In this document: piece after piece, positions 47,659-60,157 of the stretch
How the letters are laid out: every line of letters begins with the position of its first letter
Numbering within the stretch: position 1 is the first letter of the stretch
Translations under genes and position numbers: made by a program
Notes under the pieces: model-generated
What the model was told of the DNA's origin: nothing
The model's database searches: none
What the model saw: only the letters and a program-made list of their open reading frames with translations
Assembly (NCBI RefSeq): GCF_006345805.1
Contig: NC_043007.1
Coordinates: 20,832,001-20,896,000 of the forward strand
DNA from: Octopus sinensis
Lineage: Eukaryota
Length of the DNA: 64,000 nucleotides
Direction of reading: 5' to 3'

Positions 47659-49328
47659 AACTTAAAGAATATGCACACCCAGGGTTTAGGGTAGGGTCAC
47701 ACCAAAAACGGATGGTGTGCATGGCAAAGGTAAAGAATACACTCTCCCAATGTTTAGGGTTAGGGTTACGCTGAAAATGGGTGGTGTGCGTATTCTTTAC
47801 CTCCGCTATGCACACAACCCATTTTCGTGTGTGTGTATATATATATATATATATACGATATTGTTTGTGTGTATCGTCTTCCATGATTATGATGGGCTGT
47901 GCAAGACTGTAAGCCGGAATGTATTAATTCTTGTGATCAGAGTCAGCTTACAGATTCTCACTTTCTCGTTGCCGTCCCCTGTTTCACTTAATTTACATCA
48001 GTTTATGCTAGGTTTCAGTTAATTAGCTGCAAATGGAATTGCCTGCTTTCTATTGATAATGATATCCTCAAACTAGAGTTGACCTTGGTCCTACATTTTG
48101 TGTCTTTTCCCTCCCACCTCTCTTTGGGGTGTATTGCATGAACTTTGCATCTTAATACCTTTGTCTTTGCAAAAGTTTATCAGTGAGTAACTAATACAGC
48201 CAAGTTGTTTAATGCAATAGCTCTCACAAGAACTAAATTCATACTTGGTTGTTTATCAAACTAATTGTTCCCGATGATAAAAGTTGCACATTAATCTGTA
48301 AAAAAAAAAGAATTTTTATTCTTGCATTGCTTTGTGCATTTTAGTTGAAGCCAAACATTTAGCCAATCAGCAGCATTGTTACAAGACCGCAATGACCTCA
48401 ATAAAGCAATTAACCAATCATAACTGCTGTATTGTATGGTTGAAGACTTAGATGTTATCTGCTGATAAAATACCTCAGAGGAAGCTGTTTGCGTAATACA
48501 TGTCATTCCTTTGACAAAAATCAAGCCAGATTAGTTGATTTCTTGACAAAGTGGCTGAAATTAATTGCAAAGAATGTAAAATAATGACCAAGAGGCTGAT
48601 GAAGTTGGGATTAAATTTTGTGGTCTAGAATCATAAAAATTTGTTGGTGCAGGTATGGCTGTGTGGTTAAGCAATTTACTTCTCAGTCAATTCTACATTG
48701 TGGTACCTTGGGCAAGTGTTTCCTTGTATATCCCTCGGCTAACCAAAACCTTGTAGATGGATTTGGTAGACAGAAATTGAAAGAAGCTCATTATAAAATG
48801 GCGGTGCCCCAGCATGGCTACAGCTCATAAGCTGAAACTAGAATCAATCAATCAATCAAATACTTGAGGAGACTTATTGAGTCAAGTACATCAACATCAA
48901 AATAAAAAATCAAATGGAAATTGTAGTTGTGATACCTGTGCCGGTGGCACATAAAAAGCACCATCCGAATGTGGCCGCTGCCAGTCTTCCCTGGCAACTG
49001 TGCTGGTGGCACGTAAAAAGCACCTACTACACTCATGGAATGATTGGCATTAGGAAGGGCATCCAGTTGTAGAAACTCAGACTGGAGCCTGGTGCAGCCT
49101 CCTGGCTTCCCAGACCCCAGTCGAACTGTCCAACCCTTACTAGCATGGAAAACAGACGTTGAATGATGATGATGATATATATATAAACGTTAAACCCTCC
49201 TTCTTTCCTGAGCGTCCAATAATATTATATTTGTTCCACGTCCTTGCGTTGTTGTATTTTTTTGTGCTTTCATGTTTGGATTAACTTTATATATATGTAA
49301 TTAATAAAGAAGCATATCAGAAAAGAAG

Positions 49329-49363
<35 letters not shown>

Positions 49364-49882
49364 GGGTGGTGTGTGTGTTCTTTACCTCCTCTGTAGTTGG
49401 TTGCAGGAAAGTCATCTGATTTTAGAATATCCACCTTGACAAATTCCATCCAACCCATGCAAGCATGGAAAAGCGGATGTTAAATGATGATGATGATACA
49501 TATTACATTAAAAATACATTGTCTGGATTGCCGTGGCAAGGAATGCCTTCTTGTTGTTTACTGAAATGCATGTGAAGTTTTTAAGAAAATAAAAAAATAA
49601 CTGTAGCTTTGTTACAAGTAATACATTGTGTTTGGAATAATAAATTTATGTAGACAGGTTTTAAAATAAATATTTAAGCTCTTACCCACACTATTTTTTT
49701 TTTTTTTTGTAATTGTGTGAGTTTCCCTGAGTATAAATCTTGCTTTTGTCTTGGTAAACAACTTTCACAATTTTAAAATAGATTTCTCTTTCTATATAAG
49801 ATACAGTTTTTCAAAAAAAATTTTTTTATATATTTTCTGTGAGAAGAAGGTGGTAAGCTGGCAGAATTGTTACTATGCCGAA

Positions 49883-50640
49883 GGCGGCGAGCTGGCTGAA
49901 TCGTTAGCACGCCCGGCGAAATGCTTAGCGGTATTTCGTCTGCTGCTACGTTCTGAGTTCGAATTCCGCCGAGGTCGACTTTGTGTTTCATCCTTTCGGG
50001 GTCAATTAAATAAGTACCAGTTACGCATTGGGATCGATGTAATCGACTTAATCCGTTTGTCTGTCCTTGTTTGTCCCCTCTGTGTTTAGCCCTTTGTGGG
50101 TAGTAAAGAAATAGGTATTTCGTCTGCCGCTACGTTCTGAGTTCAAATTCCGCCGAGGTCAACTATGCCTTTCATCCTTTCAGGGTCAATTAAATAAGTA
50201 CCAATTATGCACTGGGGTCGATGTAATCGACTTAATCCGTTTGTCTGTCCTTGTTTGTCCTCTCTGTGTTTAGCCCCTTGTGGGTAGTAAAGAAATAGGT
50301 ATTTCATCTGCCACTATGTTCTGAGTTCAAATTCCGCCGAGGTCGATTAAATAAATACCAGTTACTCACTGGGGTCGATATAATCGACTTAATACATCTG
50401 TCTGTCCTTGTTTGTCCTCTCTGTGTTTAGCCCCTTGTGGGTAGTAAAGAAATAGGTATTTCATCTGCCGCTATGTTCTGAGTTCAAATTCCACCGAGGT
50501 CGACTTTGCCTTTCATCCTTTTGGGGTCAATTAAATAAGTACCAATTATGCACTGGGGTCGATGTAATCAACTTAATCTCTTTGTCTGTCCTTGTTTGTC
50601 CTCTCTGTGTTTAGCCCCTTGTGGGCAATAAAGAAATAAG
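49883..50640 (+). mobile_element. SINE family B (CORE-type) head-to-tail multimer
   Basis: Head GGCGGCGAGCTGGC..GTTAGC, B box GTTCAAATTCC, central GCCTTTCATCCTTTCGGGGTCGAT. Other copies at about 7670-8230+, 21045-21432-, 28233-28650-, 40658-41082+, 41375-41730-, 45414-45545+, 63940-64000+. Confidence 0.85.
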
Positions 50641-51036
50641 AATTGTTAGCATGCTGGCCAAAATGCTCAGAGGCATTTTGTTCATATTTATTTCTGAATT
50701 CAAATTCTGCCAAGATAGATTTTGCCTGTCATCCCTTCATGGTCGATAAAGTAAGTCCTGGTTGAACACTGGGATTGATGTAAATGGCTTAACCTTCCCC
50801 CGTTGTCACAACCAATGGAGTGCCACAACACTGATCAGCTAGAAATAGCAGCTAAATCTCCCTCAAATTACACCTGTCTTTAAAAACAGAATACAAAGAA
50901 AATATGGATTACGTAGTTGCAGATACATTTTGCTTGGAAAACGTTGGAAAGGTCAAGGATAGAATGTCCTTGATTAATGGTCAGTTCAATTAAGGTAAAC
51001 CTGGAGCTGAATTATGTTCATGTGGTTTGCCTAAAG

Positions 51037-51818
51037 CAGTGGTTCTCAACCCTTTTTTTTTTTTTACCTATTGACTCCTTAGATTACTATTTTTATTCTG
51101 GTGGACCCTCCCATAACCATTCCATGTTTAAAAACTAGTTTGATGGATACTTCTTTCAAAATTCTTGTTCATCACATTCCCTTTTTCTTTTACCTGTTTC
51201 AGTCATTTGACTGCGACCATGCTGGAGCACCGCCATTAGTCGAGCAAATTGACCCCAGGACTTATTCTTTGTAAGCCTAGTACTTATTCTATCAGTCTCT
51301 TTTGCCGAACCGCTAAGTTACAGCGACGTAAACATACTAGCATCGGTTGTCAAGTGATGTTGGGGAGACAAACACAGACACACATATATATATGTATATA
51401 TATATACATATATATGACGGCCTTTTTTCAGTTTCTGTCTACCAAATCCACTCACAAGGCTTTGGTCAGTCCGAGGCTATAGTGGAAGACACTTGCCCAA
51501 GGTGCCACGCAGTGGGACTGAACCCGGAACCATGTGGTTGGTAAGCAAGCAAGCTACTTTAGGTTTGCAATAACACTCTCTGAAAAAACACGTTTCAGTG
51601 GCTGAAAATATGTTGGAACCATGTTAAGCAATAGAGAAAGAAACTTAACCGATTTTTTACAATAAATACATCTAAAGCAAAGTTTGTTCTTTAACCCCTA
51701 AAATACTACTGTGAACCCCCAATTTACTGTCGTACTTGTATGGAACCTCCCCCCCCCAAAAAAAAGCACCCTATGTGGACCTCCCCATGGTCATGTGAAC
51801 CTTAGTCGAGAACCACTG
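51037..51818. mobile_element. hAT (Charlie-like) non-autonomous element with an internal SINE insertion
   Basis: CAGTGGTTCTC...GAGAACCACTG TIRs and a near-identical 8-bp TSD (gcctaaag / gccgaaag). SINE at about 51185-51556. Confidence 0.8.
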
Positions 51819-52925
51819 GCCGAAAGGAAGAACTCGTTGCTTGGCAGCTAAGATTAGCTAATTACTCATTAGTCAGTAATTTTGCATTTTATCCATTGTC
51901 TATATCTTTCTTTTTTTCTTCTTTCCTCTCTTTCTCCTCCCTGTAGCAGTAATTAAATCCTAAAACTAATTTATCAGATGCCATGAAAAAATATGAAAAT
52001 TATAAAAGTATGAACTGTACTCAGCTTAATTCATTATTTTCTTCTTATATTTCATAGTTCTTCTTTCAAATGGATTCATTATTATTATTGTGATTTAGAT
52101 TCGAAGTATTGTATCTCACCCATTGTGTGACCGGTCCTAAAAGTATACATAAAAAGTTTGTCGACATCAGGATTTAGAATTAAAGGAATGTCAGACCATT
52201 CATTACAAGTGGTTTCATGTTAAAAACAAACAAGTTTGTCATTGGCAGCCGGATTTAGAAATGGAACAGTATAATAGCAGTCATTGTGATTAATTCCTGA
52301 TTAAGGAAGTTCCTCATTACCAACCATATTTATCTTGGGAAAATCTGTGTCGTTATCACTTTGTTTACTGTCGTTGTGAGGGAAGGTTTCCGTTTGAACG
52401 GCAGTTCTTTAAAATAATTTCCACGTAACTAAACACTTTTAAACTTCGTATACTGGTAGAATGTGTTTATAAAACATCTTTTTCTCTTGGCTTTATTGAG
52501 AAAATTCTATAGTTTGTAAGATATTTGTTGTTTTTTTTTCTTCAATTTCTGCAATTTCAACCAATCAATGACGTCTATTGAGGTAAAAAAACATTCGGTG
52601 TCGTATGACTATGTCCCTCGTTTAAGAAACAGATTGGGTTTATTTACATTTGTGAAGAAAAAAAGATACCCTTCCCCCAGCCCTAACCCTAACCTTAACT
52701 AACCCTACCTCTAACTCTAAAATAGATTGAAATGCAATAGATCGATACTCGGGTCATAATTATGGGTGACAATTTCATATGACACCGCTAGAAAAAACTG
52801 CTGTTCAAACCGAAAAGGTCCCATGCTTATCTGGTTCACTTGGGTATTTTAATTCCTTTCGCTTGTGTTATGCTTCGGGGAAAATCTGCTTCAAGTCATG
52901 CAACGGCTCGTGTTTTCTATTTCAG

Positions 52926-53261
52926 TTGACCCTGACCAATTTCTCCAGTGCTTGCGAAGTGATGCAGCTACTGAAACAGTTGGGAACGACATTCAACGAA
53001 TTTAAAGAGCACGAAACCATTGAAAACAAATACATAATGCAGAAACTGCAGCACAAGTTGCAGCAGTTGTCGATTACCAACAATGTTGTGTGCAACTGCC
53101 ACAAAGACTATAAACTCTCTCAAATGCTTCAACTCCTTGAAGACGGACTTTCCAAATGTTCCAAGACGGACCAAGATCGGCTCAACTATGGCCTTAAACT
53201 GCGCATGGCGCTGGATGATTTTACCAAAGACTTCATTCCCCATATGCAAGAAGAAGAAGAG
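52926..53261 (+). CDS. FBXL5: F-box/LRR-repeat protein 5, coding exon 2 (hemerythrin-like domain)
   Basis: Acceptor ttttctatttcag|TTG, 112 codons LTLTNFSS...FKEHETIEN...NCHKD...FIPHMQEEEE, donor GAG|GTACTG. I could not identify exon 3 in the window. Confidence 0.93.
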
Positions 53262-53613
53262 GTACTGATATTTATTTCCTTCATACATATTTTACATTCG
53301 TTTGTTTTTTAAATGCTATTCTGAGTTGAGTGGGTATAAATTCTGGTATTTATAGTTGGCTGTTCTTCCTACTACTGAAATGTCAAGTGGGAAAAGCTTC
53401 TTATTTTCACTTTGGTAGATTGCATCAACTAGTTTTCCATTGAACTAACATATTAGTTCTTGTTAATTTATTCATTTTTTTTTTTGCTTCATGGCATTAA
53501 GTAGATGACACATTTTTCTCTAGACAGGACGATGATTTATCTTGGGTAGCTTTTTTTCCAGGTATTTTGGTGTCTATTCTCCACAGTTAGGTAAAATGAA
53601 ACAGGAAAATTAA

Positions 53614-54117
53614 CCCTTTTGTTACCAACCTGGCTGAAACCAGCTCTGGCTCTTACTACAAATCTCTTGTTTTCATAAGTTTTGAATTAAAATCTTCCAC
53701 CAAACCTTAGTCACAATTTATGTTCCTAACACTAGCTGAATGATAACCAAGTTATTTTACTAAATTCTTTGTTATATTTAAGGTAATTGAATGAAACCCA
53801 GAGCATCTCAAAATAAATATAGTAACGAAAGGGTTAAACAATGTGAATAAATAAACATTGCATTTGACAGAGTAGTCTGAATGCTAAAGGGTTGACCCCT
53901 TTCGCTACCAACCTGGCTAAAACTGGCTCTAGCTCTTGAGTACAAATCTCTTGTTTTCATAAGTTTTGCATTAAAATCTTCCACCAAACCTTAGTCGCAA
54001 TTTATGTTCCTAACACTAGCTGAATGATAACTAAGTTATTTTACTAAATTCTTTGTTATATTTAAAGTAACTGAAAGAAACACAGAGCATCTCAAAATAA
54101 ATACAGTAACGAAAGGG
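53614..54117. mobile_element. Two piggyBac-like MITEs (about 220 bp each)
   Basis: TTAA|CCCTTT(T/C)GTTAC...GTAACGAAAGGG|TTAA at 53614-53833 and 53896-54117. A third copy lies at about 58011-58228. Confidence 0.75.
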
Positions 54118-55039
54118 TTAAAACCCTTTAGCATTAAAATTACTCTGACATGTATCATCATCATCATTTGATGTCTGTTGTCCATGCTGGCTGGCATGGG
54201 TTGGATGATTTGACCCCAGCTGAGGAGCTGCACCAAATCTGACTCCTGTCTGATTTGGCATGGTTTCTACAGTTGGATGCCCTTCCTAATGCCAATCACT
54301 TTACAGAGTGTGCTGGGTGCTTTTACATGGTGCCACATGGGTTCCACATGGGTGCTTTTACATGGCACTGCATGAGCGCTTTTATGTGGTGCTGCACGAA
54401 CACTTTTATGTGACACCACCAGAAGGACCATTCTTAACACTTCTGCTGCAGAGTGTAGGTCTTCCTGAGTACAGCATTATATCATTATCTCAAAGCCACA
54501 ATATTTCAGTGGTGTGATTGTTTATTTTTAGAACGACATTCTAAGATAAGTGTGAGAGGCTGGATCTGATTGGTTTGAACATGAAACAGGTTGAATATTT
54601 GGGCCAGATGTGGCTAGTTGAAGGATTAAGTAGATGACACAAATTTTTTCCCTAGACAGGATGATGGCTTCTCTCTGATAACTCTTATCCGGAGGTTTTG
54701 GTGCCTGTTCTTCATAACTAGGTCAAATGAGATACACTAAGATTAAAATATATATATATATATAAGAATTTTTTGTGTAATAAGATAAAAAAACCAAGGC
54801 TGTATAGATGGTCTTACAGCTGTTTCTAGGATGTTCTAATATCTATAAATGCTCTAATATCTATACAGCCTTGGTTTTTTTTATCTCATTATGCAAAAAA
54901 TTCTTATATACACACGCTGACATAGAACCAATTTTGAACCCTTTATTCTCAATATTACCGAATCTGGAACTTAACTATGGTCTGTCTATAGCACTTATTC
55001 AGCATTACCTGACACCTTTGGGTCTCAATGACACCATTA

Positions 55040-55086
<47 letters not shown>

Positions 55087-56887
55087 ATGTGTGTGTGGAG
55101 GCGCAATGGCCTAGTGGTTAGGGCAGCGGACTCACGGTCATAGGATCGCGGTTTCGATTCCCAGACCGGTCGTTGTGAGTGTTTATTGAGCGAAAACACC
55201 TAAAAGCTCCACGAGACTCTGGCAGGGGGTGGTGATCCCTGCTGTACTCTTTCACCACTCTCCCACTCTTTCTTCTGTTGGCCTGCTCGCTTAGCCAGTG
55301 GGGTGGCGTCATTCGAAGGCTAAAACAATGCGAACACATTGTGACCAGCGATGTGTAACTACATCTGATGGACTGGTCAGTCACGTGATATATATATATA
55401 TATATACTGCCTTTAGAAACCTGATGAAATCAATTTCCTCTACAAACAAGTTGAAGCTGGGAAAATAATAAGCTTACAGATATCAAACAATAACTGGTTA
55501 TGATCAGAATTATAGATTTTAATGGCTTGACTACAACAGCTCATAGCAATAAAAGTAGATGCTTTTCCTTTGGGACGTAGTGTAGTCCCCTCGGAATAGA
55601 AATTGGGATTGCTAAGTTTTGTATCAAATAATAATTTATATTACCTATCACAAATCCAAATACCGTCCTTCCATATTTTCTTGGCTTTTAATCAGTTACC
55701 TAAATAAAAATTACAACACGTGTGGCTGTATGGTTAAGAAGCTTGCTTTCCAGCCATGTGATCTTGGGTTCAATCCCACTGCATGGCACCTTAGACAAGT
55801 TTTTTCAATAGACCCTGTGCTAACCAAAGCCTTGTGAGTGGATTTGGTAGGGGGAAACTGAAAGAAGTCCATCGTGTGTGTGTGTGTCTACATATATATA
55901 TCATCATCATTGTTTAACGGTGATTCAAGAAAAACTAGTGACAGACACCCATCTAAAAGAACGCACAGGTATACCAATAAGAAACTTGATGGAAATGTTG
56001 ACCTTCTGTGTAGAAACTACCTACTTTAGTATGGACACTGATATATATCGACAGGAATATATATTGGCAGTGGCGAGAAAACACTTTAAGAATGAGAGCC
56101 CAGGTTCGAAATTTCCCCAAGACACCTGATGAAGGCTGGCAGGTATATCAGCTGAAATGTGTTAACAAACAAGATGAGGACAAATATCCATCAATTGTAA
56201 ATAATGTAAATTATTATTTCTTTCTATAACTTCTTTTCATTATCATCATCATCATTTAACGTCCGTTGTCTATGCTGGCATGGGTTGGACGGTTTGACTG
56301 GGCTGGCATGCTGGAAGGCTGCACCAGACTCCAGTCTAATTTGGCATAGTTCTCTATGGCTGGTTGCCCTTCCTAATGCATATGGGTTCTTTTATGTGCC
56401 ATTTGCATGACACCAGTATCTACCATGACTGTGATTTTGCTCAGCTTGATGGGCCTTCTCAAGCATGACATAATGCCAAATATCTTGGTCATTGCCTCCG
56501 TGAGGCCCAACACTTGAAATGAGCTTGGCCACTTTGCCTCCATGAGGTCCATCGCTCAAAAGGAACTCAGCCACCTCTCCATGAGGGTTCTATGTATTGT
56601 TCTCTTCTGCTGTTTAGCATGAAATGTTATGCTGTACATAGTTCTGAGTTCAAATCTTGTGAAAGATTACTTTTTCATCCTTCTGAGGATTGGTAAAATA
56701 AGTACCAAACAAGTACATCATCATCGATTCCTTGATATTACTGTCTTGTGTCCTAAGCTTCATAGAGTTGGTTATCTAGTTCCCATGGCATAGAAGTGAC
56801 TGAACTCACAACATTCTCCTTCAACTGGCTGTCTGTCTCTCTGTCTCACAGAATTACTCATTTACAGCTGAGTGTACTGGAGCAACA

Positions 56888-57264
56888 TCTATATATATAA
56901 ACGGCAAAATGGTTGTCTGTATGTTGTGTGTGTGTGTGTCCTTTATACAAATCCATAATTTTTCAGTTAGAGGGCTCGCACTTTCTATGGTCATTCAAAA
57001 CCGTCCAAGGGTGCTCGTGCACATCTTTACATTTCCCTAATCACCCCGCAAAGCCATAAAAAAATCAATAGAAGTGACTTTTTTGTGAATTTTCTATCCA
57101 AAACCCAATCAAAATGCCTGAAACTTGATACGCCAATTGAATGCCAGCTAGCTGTATGTGATTGGTCGGAGATTTGGACAGTAATCGCATGTATGTGCGC
57201 ACGCACGCAGCTGTATATGCATGCACTAGCACTATGACCCGGCATTGCCCAGTCATAGTGCTAG
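56888..57264 (+). mobile_element. Non-autonomous Helitron-like element, third subfamily
   Basis: A|TCTATATATATAAA ... hairpin ... CTAG|T. A 5' fragment of yet another interior type lies at about 33648-33790. Confidence 0.65.
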
Positions 57265-58689
57265 TGAAATATATTTTACTCAAGAAGATAATGCACCACC
57301 CAGTCTGGGAATTGAAACCATGATCTAGCAATTGGGTGTGCAGCATCCTTACCACTAGGCCATATACCTTCACTCACACAAACAAGTACCGGCTCGCTTT
57401 AGTCATCTGTGCTTCCCCCCACCACCACCACTTTCTTTGCTTTGTGTCTATGTTGGCAGTGGTAATGTTTGGGTAGTGAAGGGGTAGAAATGGGAGTGTG
57501 TTTGTTGTTAAACTGCGTTTCCTTAATTAGGCTAACGACAAAAGAGAAAAATGCTTCTCTATAATTGCTTCACCTAAATTGAAATTAGCAGCTTTACCAT
57601 CTCACAAAAGTGACATATTGGATTTTCCAATCCTGATTACCGTCTGGAAAAATGCAAAACCAACACTAAAAATAAACTGCTACATTATCGAAATCTCAAA
57701 GCTACGAAATAATGCACGATTAATTCAAAACAATGTGAATCATTAAGTATTATATTTGAGTAAATGGGAAAAAAAAAAGGCATGAGAGGGGCAATGTATA
57801 ACCCTGGATAAAATAGAATTTAATTTAATAAATATATTCTCTGACAAATTGATATTTTAATAAAATGACATTGAGTTATTTCCTCTGCTTATCGTTTATG
57901 CACGTGTAACAAAGAAAAAAAAACCATTTTGGTTCACCCATCTGCCAGTTTTGAGGATAATCAAACCAAAATAATGAGTATTTCTGCCAAATTTGGGGAA
58001 AATCCTTGAACCCTTTCGTTACTAACCCGGTTGAAACCATTTCTGGCTCTGAGTACAAATGTCTTGTTTTCATAAGTTTTGAATTAAAATCTTCCACCAA
58101 ACTTTAGTCACAATTTATGTTCCTAACACAAGCTGAATGATAACTAAGTTATTTTACTAAATTCTTTGTTATATTTAAAGTAATTGAAAGAAACAGAGCA
58201 TCTCTAAATAAATACAATAACGAACGGTTTAAGTTGTTTTCCAGTAATTTTGCAAACACAGACAAACAGACTATGATGAACAACTACAATATCCCGGTTT
58301 CGTTTACGTATGCAGGGCAATAATCTGATTGCTAAAGGGTTAAATCAGCCAAATTCTATTCTCAACAAAATTTTTCCTTGCACCTAAGAAACAGTTATAT
58401 TTCTCTTGCATTAGAAATTTTGAAGTAAACTTATTTTGAACTGAATGTTCAGCCATGCATTAAAAGTATGAATTAGAAGTGACACACTATTTTCAGCTGT
58501 CAAAGTAGAATAAAGTACTTTTATCTCAATATAATACAATAAGTGGACTTGTAAGCTTGCACTCAGCTATCCAATATTCTAAATTTTTTTTTTGTCATAT
58601 TTTTCTGTAATTGTCCCTGTCCTGGGTCACGGGCTAGTTATTTCACTTCAAGTTTTTCTATGAAATAGCTAGAACTTTAGCGGGAAAGG

Positions 58690-59075
58690 GTGCGCTGAAA
58701 GCGTAGCTGCTAGAATAAGAATAGCCTGGGCAAAGTTCCAAGTGCTTTTACCTCTGCTGGTGACAAAAGGCCTCTTGCTCAGAATAAAAGGTAGACTGTA
58801 TGACGCATGTGTACGAACAGCCATGCTATATGGCAGTGAAATATGCATATATGGGCTGTGACTGCTGAGGACATGTGTAACCTCGCAAGGAATGAAGCCA
58901 GTATGCTCCGATGGATGTGTAATGTCAGTGTGCATACTCGACCGAGTGTTAGTACCTTCAGAGAAAAGTTGGACCTAAGAAGCATCAGATGTGGTGTGCA
59001 AGAGAGATGATTGTGCTGGTATGGTCATGTGGCGAGAATGGATGAAGATAGCTGTGTGAAAAAGTGCCACACTTA
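58690..59075 (+). mobile_element. RTE/BovB-like LINE fragment, degenerate
   Basis: ACVRTAMLYGSE... and CWYGHVARMDEDSCVKKCH motifs, with frameshifts. Confidence 0.8.
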
Positions 59076-59149
59076 TATCTCAAGCTTATCAGTCTCTTTT
59101 GCCAAACCACTAAGTTGTCAAGCAGTGATGGGAGAACAAAGATACATAC

Positions 59150-59186
<37 letters not shown>

Positions 59187-60157
59187 TACATATATCCGAT
59201 GAGATTCTGTCTACCAAATCCACTGACAAGGCTTTGGTTGACCCTAGGCTATAGTAGAAGACACTTGCCCAAGGTGCCACACAGTGGGACTGAACCCAGA
59301 ATCAAGTGGTTGGGAAGCAAGCTTCTTACCACACAACCATGTGAATAAATAAGCATTAGATTTAACAGAGAAATCTGACTGCTTAAGGGTCAAATGACTA
59401 CAACAGCACAGTTTCAATTCACAGTCTCAGACCAGGTCACTTGCTAGACAAATACCATTCTCAAGTTCAGATTTTTCTTTCACTTGATTAAATCAGATTT
59501 ACACCTGCTCGTTTTTCTTTAACGAACAAGAAAGGATTCCAAAGTCTTCGTAATTAGATAATTTGATATCTTACCAAAATATAGATACGAGTTGCATTTT
59601 ACCACTGACAGTATTTTTTTTTTGTTTTGTTATGTTTTTAGAATGTTGCAAAAGCAGTGCCGTCATAACAATTTCAAATATAACAACAGAAAGTATTTGC
59701 TTGCAGATTGTGCAGTTACTGCGCGTACATAGTAGTCACCCACAGTCTTCAACCCATTTCTTCCATCCTGTTAAAATCCTGCAGTTTTTCATGTTTACAA
59801 CAATCTCTTCCTTTTGTCACATAAAAAAATATCTGTTGTGCTTTGATTGTTTTATTTATTTTCGTTGTAATTTTCTGCGCTTGTCACCATCTATTTTGTA
59901 TTCAAATCCAACCACAAAGATAATAACAACTTGTAGCTGTACACAAATTTCAAGCCATAAGTTTATTATGCTGTAGATTTTAATGTCTAGAAGTCTTGTG
60001 ATATGAAAGAATTTTTGTCTTGCGAATTGAATGTTATTGCAAACAGTTATAACCTTAATTTCAGAATTTGGGTTCACGGCATCTTAAAACCCTAACATGT
60101 AAGAGGAAGCTCTTTATAAACAATGAGACAAATTTCTTTAACAGGACATTTACTATA

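Noticed and set aside
49883-50640. Regularly spaced repeats superficially like a CRISPR array
   Set aside because: Units are long SINE bodies without unique spacers, in eukaryotic DNA with no cas genes.
55097-55175. tRNA-like sequence (also the heads at about 29860, 39725, 42480 and all SINE-A/B heads)
   Set aside because: A and B boxes are present, but there is no closed acceptor stem and each continues into a SINE body, so these are not tRNA genes.
59563-60077. ORFs considered as FBXL5 exon 3
   Set aside because: No match to the expected VFQP.L..YF..EEL continuation.
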